Below, one piece after another: positions 1 to 7,128 of a stretch of DNA of 45,370 nucleotides. Made by a program: the position numbers and the translations under genes. Location of the stretch: positions 1 to 45,370 of IMG/VR virus record IMGVR_UViG_3300022181_000002; one strand, given 5' to 3'. Source of the DNA: a virus (Duplodnaviria; Caudoviricetes). Under the pieces are notes generated by a model, which was not told where the DNA came from, did not search any database, and saw only the letters and a program-made list of their open reading frames with translations. Position 1 is the stretch's first letter. Each line of letters opens with the position of its first letter.

Positions 1-435
1 GTTCTCTAATTTTATGTAACCCTGCTTAATCAAAAGCTCCACGACTTCACTGAACACGTCGAGAATTACCTCTTTCATTCGTTCTCCCCGGAAGCTGTTG
101 ATGGTTTTAAAGTCTGGTGCATTACCCCCGCATAGCCACATATACATGATGTTTTCTCTAGCTGCTTTTTCAATGCGCCGGCTTGTATATATTTTGTCTG
201 CATAGGCATAGACTATGAGTTTTGTCATCATGACGGGATGAAAACTGGAGCGTCCACCGCCTGGATATTGAGCTATTAACGGTTTCAGATTCATTTGATC
301 AATGGCCGAATTTATGACTCTTACCATATGGTTAGGAGGGATCAAGCTTTCCAGATCCATCGGTAGGCTTAGCTGTTGTTGATTATATTCTTTGAAGACG
401 ACTTTATCGTGTACTTTTTGCCCTGGCTTTGACAT
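1..435 (-). CDS. IS1182-family transposase, N-terminal part (runs off the window edge)
   Basis: Manual translation from ATG 435, not in the ORF track: MSKPGQKVHDKVVFKEYNQQQLSLPMDLESLIPPNHMVRVINSAIDQMNL...YPGGGRSSFHPVMMTKLIVYAYADKIYTSRRIEKAARENIMYMWLCGGNAPDFKTINSFR, a typical IS1182 (DUF772) N-terminus. Confidence 0.9.
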   Translation of the reverse strand, partial: MSKPGQKVHDKVVFKEYNQQQLSLPMDLESLIPPNHMVRVINSAIDQMNLKPLIAQYPGGGRSSFHPVMMTKLIVYAYADKIYTSRRIEKAARENIMYMWLCGGNAPDFKTINSFRGERMKEVILDVFSEVVELLIKQGYIKLEN

Positions 436-562
436 CCATTCACACCCGCCTTGGTTATCCTCTTTATGTATATTTTACCATTTACTCTTCCCTTAATATG
501 AAAAACCGCCTAAAACTCATTGTCTTAAACGGTTTCTCTTTGCTGTGTTTTCACACAGCCCC
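1..562 (-). mobile_element. IS1182-family insertion sequence, left end
   Basis: Transposase plus a terminal segment GGGGCTGTGTGAAAACACAGC on the minus strand (542-562). The other IR lies outside the window, so the end position is approximate. Confidence 0.7.
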
Positions 563-573
563 TTTACTTTCTC

Positions 574-619
574 TGGAGCCGATGGCCGGATTTGAACCGG
601 CGACCTGCTGATTACGAAT
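574..619. repeat. att core, left copy (displaced 3' half of tRNA-Thr)
   Basis: TGGAGCCGATGGCCGGATTTGAACCGGCGACCTGCTGATTACGAAT, identical to 45218-45263; identity ends just past the anticodon loop. Confidence 0.96.
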
Positions 620-787
620 TGTCTTTTGCCGATTTTATGGGGTTTCATAAGGTTTTATTCAATAAAATTTCGGTTAATCAGCAGTTCTTTTTATCTCAAA
701 GAAGTGATTATTTAGCCGTTCGTGTTCTAATTGTAATTCATAATATATCCAAAATATTAATTTGGAAGATAATTGCTTTAAAAATTC

Positions 788-806
788 TGTGAGCAAAATG
801 TGAGCA
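788..806 (+). promoter_or_regulatory. Putative integrase arm-type binding sites (2x TGTGAGCA)
   Basis: TGTGAGCA at 788-795 and 799-806; the same tandem pair occurs at 45126-45144 near the other att site. Confidence 0.75.
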
Positions 807-898
807 TTTAACCTTCACCAATCTTTCCACACTACCTTTCATAGCTTTTGAAAACGTAGCCCTATGATGTCCAGAAATCTAAGCTTATTAAGTAATCG

Positions 899-1282
899 CT
901 AAGTCGCCTCTGACTGGCTTGTATCACTTGCCTTGGCATTAATAAATCCCTGGTCCGCACTTTCTTTTTCAACTAATTTCTGTTTCCGTCTTTCAGCCTC
1001 ATATAGAGATTTATCTCTCAATTTGCCAGCTGAAGCTGCGACAAGGAAAGAATTAAAAAATGCCAGACAGTATATCCTCCAATCCGAATAGCTTCCCGGG
1101 TAAGATGCAATATTAGCAACAACTAATATTACAAATGCCCATACTGCTGCGTATATATCTGTACCCCATTTCCATCCCCACGAGTCTACAATGCTGCCAG
1201 TATACAAAACAATTAAAAAGGTAATCATAGCAGCTCCAGATAATGTTACTAATGTTGACCATGATAACAAACTGTCTGTCAT
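899..1282 (-). CDS. Small membrane protein (about 3 TM helices), holin-like or unknown
   Basis: Three hydrophobic segments followed by a charged tail; AAGGGG RBS. Confidence 0.65.
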   Translation of the reverse strand: MTDSLLSWSTLVTLSGAAMITFLIVLYTGSIVDSWGWKWGTDIYAAVWAFVILVVANIASYPGSYSDWRIYCLAFFNSFLVAASAGKLRDKSLYEAERRKQKLVEKESADQGFINAKASDTSQSEAT

Positions 1283-1496
1283 AATGGCATCCCCTTGCGT
1301 TTAATTAATATTAATAGCTTCTACATTTTTCTTTTTATATCCTTCATAGACTAATTATGTAAATGATCCAGAATACTAAAAAGGCCCGCTTGAGCTTATT
1401 CTTTAATCCCACACCTTATAAAGCCACCAATCCCCATCGATAGCCCAGAACTGATAATGATGGTAAAATACCATTAACCGCAATGTGGAGGTTGTT

Positions 1497-1700
1497 ATGG
1501 CCGATTGGGATGTGAAGGTAGCAGCGGGTATAGAATTCTGGATCATGAGAAAGTCTCCTGAATCAGATGATTTTTGCATAATGCGTAAACCTTCCGGCCG
1601 GGATGGTTCTGGTGAGCCCATCCGATACTTTACCGCCGATTCCATAAATCAGGCAATTCAGAAGGGGTGGGAAATAGCGAAGCAGTATGGGCTGCCGTAG
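1497..1700 (+). CDS. Hypothetical small protein
   Basis: GGAGGT RBS before ATG 1497 (MADWDVK...). Confidence 0.6.
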   Translation: MADWDVKVAAGIEFWIMRKSPESDDFCIMRKPSGRDGSGEPIRYFTADSINQAIQKGWEIAKQYGLP

Positions 1701-1722
1701 GGGAGTGGCATTTCGTGAAAAG

Positions 1723-2334
1723 TTAACCAGCAATACGATAACATGAATATATGTTAATTAAATCTGATTCTTTAACTATTTTTAAATCTCGTACGTCCGT
1801 GGTAATTATATCTTCAATCCCTGCATCTAGCATGGTGGCCAATATAAATGCATCCATAGCGCACAGATTATATTTCTTTATAAGAGACAATGCATTTTTT
1901 TCAACGTCAGTTTCGGCTCTATGAATAAACACAGGCGTTTTGTCAATTATCTCCATCATGGAGTCTAAAAAAGGTATAGCATTAGTAATTAACTCCGGAT
2001 GATCTTTGTATAATGATGTCCAATTAAGGTATTTATCAGGTTCCTTTTTGTTAATCTTGATTCGCTCAATATCATAAAATCTAGAAATAAAATGATTGGC
2101 AACTTCTTCTAACACAAAATCACAAGTTACACTTATAGTATCATTTGAATCCCTAAGAAGTTGATGGAAGGCCTTGCACATTAAAACATCATTAGGCTGA
2201 GGCTTGGCTGAATTCATTAATCTAATGAAGAATCCAGAATCCCAGAAAATAAAGTCTACTGACTCAAGTCTTTTGGTCAGAAGTTGCCATTTAAACTTAT
2301 CTCCTGGATTAAAGTGATAATAATTTCCGCCCAT
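1723..2334 (-). CDS. PIN-domain (VapC-like) ribonuclease
   Basis: Acidic PIN residues in FWDSG, VLEEV, MDAFILAT and TTDVRD; likely start ATG 2334, just after the upstream stop. Confidence 0.85.
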   Translation of the reverse strand: MGGNYYHFNPGDKFKWQLLTKRLESVDFIFWDSGFFIRLMNSAKPQPNDVLMCKAFHQLLRDSNDTISVTCDFVLEEVANHFISRFYDIERIKINKKEPDKYLNWTSLYKDHPELITNAIPFLDSMMEIIDKTPVFIHRAETDVEKNALSLIKKYNLCAMDAFILATMLDAGIEDIITTDVRDLKIVKESDLINIYSCYRIAG

Positions 2335-2335
2335 T

Positions 2336-2815
2336 TTAACAGTCATCGTCTCCATTATCATCATTGAATAGATACTTAGCCGTTTCTTCATCCACTTCCG
2401 GCAAATTGATTGGCTGCCCCTTCTTCTTTTTTGCTTCTTCAAATTTGTGAGACTGCTTCATTATTGTATCTCTAAGGCTTTTAGTTTTTGCCTTTCGATA
2501 AATCTTATTTATATCGTTTTTATCCATAGGAACCTCCGCTTGAATACCCTTTGATTTATAAATATTTTGGGCCACGGAGCTAAATTCTAAACCAAATCCA
2601 TCAAAATCACCCATATATGATCTTACTATTATCTTTTTCAGCTCAGTTCCAGTAAATGAATATGTTTGTCTTGAATCAATTTGAGAAATAATATCAACCA
2701 TATTCGCTTGAACTACCGTTTGTTCTGATTTTGCAGTTTGTTTCCAAATATTACTGTAAGCCGTCCATACTGGAGTTATATATACATTATTTTCGGACAA
2801 AGCAAAAGCCATCAA
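2336..2815 (-). CDS. Hypothetical protein, possible antitoxin partner of the PIN gene
   Basis: Operonic (ATGA overlap upstream, 1-nt gap downstream); basic segment then a very acidic C-terminus (EVDEETAKYLFNDDNGDDDC). Confidence 0.7.
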   Translation of the reverse strand: MMAFALSENNVYITPVWTAYSNIWKQTAKSEQTVVQANMVDIISQIDSRQTYSFTGTELKKIIVRSYMGDFDGFGLEFSSVAQNIYKSKGIQAEVPMDKNDINKIYRKAKTKSLRDTIMKQSHKFEEAKKKKGQPINLPEVDEETAKYLFNDDNGDDDC

Positions 2816-3387
2816 CCATCTTCCTCCATAAAAGATATTTGTTGTAACTGTTTATCCATTATTTCTATGGCATCCCGTATTTGTTCCAACGAACGAATAA
2901 ATTTATCAATATAATCCGGATTAACTTCAACATTGACCTTTTTATCTGCTCCACTACCATCAGAATATTGAATAATCATATTTACGGTTATCATATTTAG
3001 TTCACTTGTGATTCCGGGTTTAATAATTGGGTAAGCTGTAATAGATTTTAGTGGGTTAATAACTGGTGAATTAAAAAAACGATATTTTCTTATAAGTTTG
3101 TCATTAATCAAGCCATTTTTTACCGCTGCTACTTTATCTAGATAATCTGCATCCCCCTGAGGCTCAAAATTGGATAAATGAGAATTATTTAATAACATTA
3201 AGGTTATGTTAACGATGTCATTCATTATTAAATTAACTTCAGTTTGGTTAATATTTAAATTATTGTTTGGAAATTGTCCTTTAAATTCAAGGCTAACTGA
3301 TCCGTTTTCAAAAACAAACCGTGCTTGGTCTTGCTCTAATGAGTTTTTAACTATTTCTAAGACATTTTGAAAATTCATATTGCTCAA
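2812..3387 (-). CDS. Hypothetical protein, first gene of the low-GC PIN operon
   Basis: Long AT-rich ORF (track 2812-3420; TTG 3387 or ATG 3378 is a more likely start) overlapping the next gene by ATGA. Confidence 0.75.
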   Translation of the reverse strand: MSNMNFQNVLEIVKNSLEQDQARFVFENGSVSLEFKGQFPNNNLNINQTEVNLIMNDIVNITLMLLNNSHLSNFEPQGDADYLDKVAAVKNGLINDKLIRKYRFFNSPVINPLKSITAYPIIKPGITSELNMITVNMIIQYSDGSGADKKVNVEVNPDYIDKFIRSLEQIRDAIEIMDKQLQQISFMEEDG

Positions 3388-3678
3388 AATAATCACTCTT
3401 TCCTTGAAAATCGCTTGCAATAAAAATAACCCGGCTACTATCTGAAAACGTAGATTTTAAATGTTTTCATCGAAAATTACCCGGTGTTTCCTAATATTTA
3501 GGTATATTTACAATTTGACTAGTACTTATATTAATATAAATATCGAAATGACGTCACAGAGCGTCAAGTGCCATTTTAGTAAATTATGGCATGCAATTAT
3601 CAGAAGCCGTTAAATAACGTTAATTTGTATCTATTTTAATTAATATTAATTTTCTTGGCACTTATTTTGCATAAATGC

Positions 3679-3705
3679 AAAAACCCCCGGGGCATTTCCG
3701 GGGTT
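3679..3705 (-). terminator. Intrinsic terminator
   Basis: GC-rich hairpin (AACCCCGG...CCGGGGGTT) followed by a T-run on the minus strand. Confidence 0.6.
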
Positions 3706-3803
3706 GAATTTATGCTCATATATTTCCTAATCAGATTGTAGCACACCATTAAGTACAGTTGTGTCCTTTAAATGTCCGCATATGGTTCGGTTGCCAAAAC
3801 GGC

Positions 3804-3828
3804 AAAAAGCCCGGGGGTTCCCCCGGGC
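3804..3828 (-). terminator. Intrinsic terminator ending the lysis operon
   Basis: GCCCGGGG-N4-CCCCGGGC then TTTTT on the minus strand, 21 nt after the holin stop. Confidence 0.8.
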
Positions 3829-3849
3829 CCGGTTCTTTGAAAAACATAT

Positions 3850-4182
3850 CTATTCCTGTTTAAATGCTCTATTGGCTTCGGCCAGCGCCGATTCTATGAG
3901 GCCTTTGATCTCATCATCAGTAAAAGACAATCCAATCTTCAACGCTTGTCCCTGTATCCAGTCCACCGCGGCGTTGTACTTTGCCGCTCCATGCAAGTCT
4001 TTATAGGCCTGCTCCACGAAGGCGATGCCTAAACCAACCAGGTCCCTTTTCATCCAAAGTTCCTGATTGATCTTCGCGACCTTTTCATTCCCGATTTTCC
4101 GTCTTAACAATTCTATGCCGACACCAATTAAGCCGGTAGCGGCCACCAGGACAATGTTTGCCAATACTGCATTAATATCCAT
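3850..4182 (-). CDS. Phage holin, LL-H family
   Basis: One N-terminal TM helix; motif IAFVEQAYKDLHGAAKYNAAV...EIKGLIESAL; position at the end of the lysis cassette. Confidence 0.85.
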   Translation of the reverse strand: MDINAVLANIVLVAATGLIGVGIELLRRKIGNEKVAKINQELWMKRDLVGLGIAFVEQAYKDLHGAAKYNAAVDWIQGQALKIGLSFTDDEIKGLIESALAEANRAFKQE

Positions 4183-5290
4183 TACTTACTCCTCTCCGCA
4201 AGACAACTTGCTTTGCCTTTTCAACCCACTCTACGCTGATGCCAAACGGTTGAAATACCCCATGCACCGGTATCACAGACCGGTTGCTGCCCACCATGGC
4301 CACAGGGGCTTGCTCGACGGCCCTTTCCTCGCCGTCCACGAAAATGACGTTGCTGTTTAAAGTCAGTACAATTTCTTCGGCGTGCCAGGCGTTATCGTCC
4401 CAGGTCAGATCCAGGACGCCGTTTCCGACAAACCGGTGGTCGGCATCCACCTTGCGGATATGCTTCAACAAAGTGTCAACTGCCTGCTCCTCGGTCGGCC
4501 ATTCGCCCTTCTTCTGCCGCCAGGCCGCGCATATGAGAGCCATGGCTCCGGTGATGTGCGGAGTGGCCATGCTGGTACCAGAGAGCAGTTTATAACCCCC
4601 GCCTGGCCAGGCGCTGTATATCTGCGTCCCGGGGGCGGCTATGTCGATGCCGTCATAACTTGAGCTATAACCAGCCGGCTGCCCGTCCTGGTTCAGCGCC
4701 CCGGTGGTCAGGCACTCCCAAATGTACCCGGGGAACATAAAAACCTCTTCGGTGTCCGGCTTGCCATCGCCCTGGTTCCCGGCCGCAACACAGACGGTTA
4801 CCCCGGTACTTACAAGCCGCCGTATTAGCCAGGCCTGTTCTATGTCGTAGGCGCCGGAGCCAAAGGAGCAGTTTACCGCGACTACCCGCTCGGACTCTGA
4901 ATGCTCCGCGTTCCACTTATATATGTAGCGGAACGCCTCCTTGATCGCCTCCCCGGTATCAATAGGGCCACCAAACACCTTCAGAGGCATTATCCTTGCT
5001 CCCGGAGCTACGCCGCAGGTTGCTCCAGATGCTATCCCGGCCACATGGGTTCCGTGGCCGTCAGAATCCTTCAGATCGTCATAGCGGCCGCCGTTAAAAT
5101 TCCATCCGCCGATGAGCCGGCCGGAAAACTCCGGGTGCGATACATCCAGGCCGGTGTCAACAATTGCTATTATGGTCCCGGCACCTTTGGTTTTACTCCA
5201 AAAAGAAGGGGCGTTCACCTGGGATATATTCCACGGGATACCGAGTAATTTTGGCGCATCAAGCTTTTTATAAGGAAATAAATTTGGCAT
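4172..5290 (-). CDS. S8 subtilisin-like serine peptidase with C-terminal copper-amine-oxidase-N-like (stalk) domain
   Basis: Triad motifs IAIVDTG, GHGTHVAG, GTSMATP and oxyanion AAGN; C-terminus VDGEERAVEQAPV...NRSVIPV...FGISVEWVEKAKQV; no signal peptide. Confidence 0.93.
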   Translation of the reverse strand: MPNLFPYKKLDAPKLLGIPWNISQVNAPSFWSKTKGAGTIIAIVDTGLDVSHPEFSGRLIGGWNFNGGRYDDLKDSDGHGTHVAGIASGATCGVAPGARIMPLKVFGGPIDTGEAIKEAFRYIYKWNAEHSESERVVAVNCSFGSGAYDIEQAWLIRRLVSTGVTVCVAAGNQGDGKPDTEEVFMFPGYIWECLTTGALNQDGQPAGYSSSYDGIDIAAPGTQIYSAWPGGGYKLLSGTSMATPHITGAMALICAAWRQKKGEWPTEEQAVDTLLKHIRKVDADHRFVGNGVLDLTWDDNAWHAEEIVLTLNSNVIFVDGEERAVEQAPVAMVGSNRSVIPVHGVFQPFGISVEWVEKAKQVVLRRGVSNGY

Positions 5291-5571
5291 TATTCCACCT
5301 CCACCGGCTCGTATGTAGCCTCAAAAATATCAGGCTTGCAGGGGTATATTTCGTCCTTAATACCGCGGATTATATAATCACCTATCTCGGCTCTCATGGT
5401 TCCTTCAAGCGTTTCAATCTCAGCCCACCTTATGGAACCGCCGTATTGCGAGAACGGCTTAATATACCCCTCTTGGATAGCTTCTTTTGCCCATATAGGC
5501 AAATCTGATTTATCCTGCATTCCAAATTGAAATGCCTCAATAACAACCGGCTTCTTCCTGAATTTCGGCAT
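5290..5571 (-). CDS. Conserved phage protein (KPVVIEA...TLEG...GDYII...YPCKPDIF, PGDYG-like family)
   Basis: Recognisable widespread phage motif; translationally coupled on both sides. Confidence 0.8.
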   Translation of the reverse strand: MPKFRKKPVVIEAFQFGMQDKSDLPIWAKEAIQEGYIKPFSQYGGSIRWAEIETLEGTMRAEIGDYIIRGIKDEIYPCKPDIFEATYEPVEVE

Positions 5572-6230
5572 TATTTCACCTCCACGGTATGGGCGATTTC
5601 ATCCCATTTTATTTTCCTGTTGAAAGCGTCCACCAGGTCCCGGACCGGGGGGTTCAGCAGATAGCTAATGCCCCTGTACAGGTATCCGTCAAACACCTTG
5701 TCACCAATGGTAATTTTCGTCGGGGTAGCGCCTTCCGGCATGGTTCCCTCTCCTTTCAAGTCGGCAAACAACCTTTGCCAGGGGAATGCTGGCCCTGGGC
5801 AGTTCGCCCGGTCAACTGAATTGATCCGATAATGGCCAATGATGTGATCGTTGTCTATCGGAACTCCCCAACGGGCGATCAGCTGCCGGTGCAGCCACAG
5901 GGTGGCTTGGTATTGAGCTTCTGTCAGCGGCTCATTCGGCCACCCTTCATGTTCAATGCCGATAGTCAACCAGTTCGGGTTCGTACCATCGTAGAAGCTC
6001 CAGGATGGTTTCTTGACGTCTCCGGCGTGCCAGGCCGAATTCAGTTCATCCACCAAGTTGTATATCTCCCCTGCCCTGGTAACCAGGTAGTGGGCGCTGG
6101 CTTTACTCTTTGGATCTGTCATCCATGACAAACAGCCGGTCATTAAGCCGGCTGTAATATGGTCCACTATTGCGATTCGGCCATAATTGCCAAACCAATA
6201 ATTCGGGCTTCTTGCTTTTTGGATATCCAT
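5571..6230 (-). CDS. Endolysin, N-acetylmuramoyl-L-alanine amidase (Amidase_2)
   Basis: IVDHIT, ASAHYLV, AWHAG, TIGIEHEG, IIGH and CPG motifs; GGAGG RBS before ATG 6230. Confidence 0.93.
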   Translation of the reverse strand: MDIQKARSPNYWFGNYGRIAIVDHITAGLMTGCLSWMTDPKSKASAHYLVTRAGEIYNLVDELNSAWHAGDVKKPSWSFYDGTNPNWLTIGIEHEGWPNEPLTEAQYQATLWLHRQLIARWGVPIDNDHIIGHYRINSVDRANCPGPAFPWQRLFADLKGEGTMPEGATPTKITIGDKVFDGYLYRGISYLLNPPVRDLVDAFNRKIKWDEIAHTVEVK

Positions 6231-6243
6231 AATTCCTCCTTGC

Positions 6244-6546
6244 TTAGTTCCTGGCAGCAGTAGCTGCACACACCTTCCCTTTCAGCTCCTTGATATCTCC
6301 CTTGATTTCGTTTACATCCTCCCTAACTTCATCTACCTCCCGGCAGAGGCCAGACAGTTCTCCCAGGTGGGACATGATCTTTTCCTCTCTGGCCGCAGCT
6401 TTTGCCTCGCTCTCCTTTCTTTCGGCCACCAATCGTTCTTCCCTGGCCTGGCTGTTCCGAAGGACATAAAAAAGCAATGCCACAAAGAGCACTGCCCATA
6501 TGCCTTGGGATGCGGCCATTTCGATTAAGGTTTTTTCCACTCCCAT
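6244..6546 (-). CDS. BhlA/UviB-family holin-like protein
   Basis: SQGIWAVLFVALLFYVLR...REER motif, directly upstream of the endolysin. Confidence 0.88.
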   Translation of the reverse strand: MGVEKTLIEMAASQGIWAVLFVALLFYVLRNSQAREERLVAERKESEAKAAAREEKIMSHLGELSGLCREVDEVREDVNEIKGDIKELKGKVCAATAARN

Positions 6547-6561
6547 CTCCTCCCGCTGAAA

Positions 6562-6589
6562 ATAATAAAGGCGGGCAATTTACCCGCCT
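6562..6589 (-). terminator. Hairpin/terminator upstream of the lysis cassette
   Basis: AGGCGGG/CCCGCCT stem with a T-rich tail on the minus strand. Confidence 0.55.
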
Positions 6590-6597
6590 GACCGGCT

Positions 6598-6626
6598 TTG
6601 ACTATTATGTTCTTGCGTGCTATCAT
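6598..6626 (+). promoter_or_regulatory. Sigma-A promoter for a type I antitoxin RNA
   Basis: TTGACT-17 bp-TGC-TATCAT. Confidence 0.8.
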
Positions 6627-6632
6627 ACAATT

Positions 6633-6714
6633 ATAAAAGGAGTTGCCGCTTTTGGAACGGCGGCAGGTCCTAAATGGCTTTAGACCGCCTTATCCAAGGC
6701 GGTCGCTTACTTTC
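6633..6714 (+). ncRNA. Putative type I antitoxin RNA, convergent on the toxin mRNA 3' end
   Basis: Promoter at 6598-6626; hairpin TGCCGC/GCGGCA; terminator GACCGCCTT-ATCC-AAGGCGGTC (6683-6704). Confidence 0.7.
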
Positions 6715-6787
6715 TGAGCAAGATACTCAGAGAAATAACCCCTATGAGTACCAGACAGAACTGAAACAATTCGCCATATGTAATCAT
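6707..6787 (-). CDS. Type I toxin-like 26-aa membrane peptide MITYGELFQFCLVLIGVISLSILLRK
   Basis: Manual translation; GGGGAGGTG RBS; single hydrophobic helix with a basic C-terminus; convergent sRNA. Confidence 0.8.
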   Translation of the reverse strand: MITYGELFQFCLVLIGVISLSILLRK

Positions 6788-6912
6788 AGGCATCACCTCC
6801 CCTCGCGGGAAAGTGACCAACCGCCAAGCGGCAACTCCGCTTTCTATATTAGCACATCGCCTATTCTTGCGATCCCCCCCAATGGGTAATATTGGGTATA
6901 ATTAGGGGTGAG

Positions 6913-7128
6913 GTGATTTATATTTTAGAGTTATTTGACATTATTGCCGACATAGCCATAATTGCCGGGGTCATATTGTTTGTTCAATATCTTTATTATC
7001 GCTATCACGATGGACATGTAGAATTTATCCTTTGGAAACGCCAGCAAAAAGAGCAGCAAGTAAGAGCCGCCAAGCTTGAAGAAAGCCCCAATGTAATCCG
7101 CTTATCCGAACGCCGCCAAGCCAAGTAA
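6913..7128 (+). CDS. Small membrane-anchored protein, convergent with the ejection gene
   Basis: N-terminal TM helix (IIADIAIIAGVILFVQYLYY); stop codon abuts the stop of the 1792-aa gene; start uncertain (6892 or 6913). Confidence 0.6.
   Translation: MIYILELFDIIADIAIIAGVILFVQYLYYRYHDGHVEFILWKRQQKEQQVRAAKLEESPNVIRLSERRQAK

Noticed and set aside
574-619. Second tRNA gene at the left end
   Set aside because: Only the 3' 46 nt are present, with no D-arm or 5' acceptor strand; this is the att duplication
675-684. TAATCAGCAG, an inverted copy of part of the att core (605-614)
   Set aside because: Only 10 bp and no partner half-site; could be chance
429-792. ORFs 429-611 and 592-792
   Set aside because: They span the IS end and the tRNA-derived att core (LEPMAGFEPAT is a translation of the tRNA antisense strand), so they are spurious
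3706-3800. Possible minus-strand sRNA (TG-C-TACAAT, GGACA direct repeats, downstream terminator)
   Set aside because: No credible -35 and no ORF or structure beyond the terminator; too weak to call
6674-6889. 71-aa + strand ORF
   Set aside because: Antisense shadow of the type I toxin, overlapping the sRNA terminator
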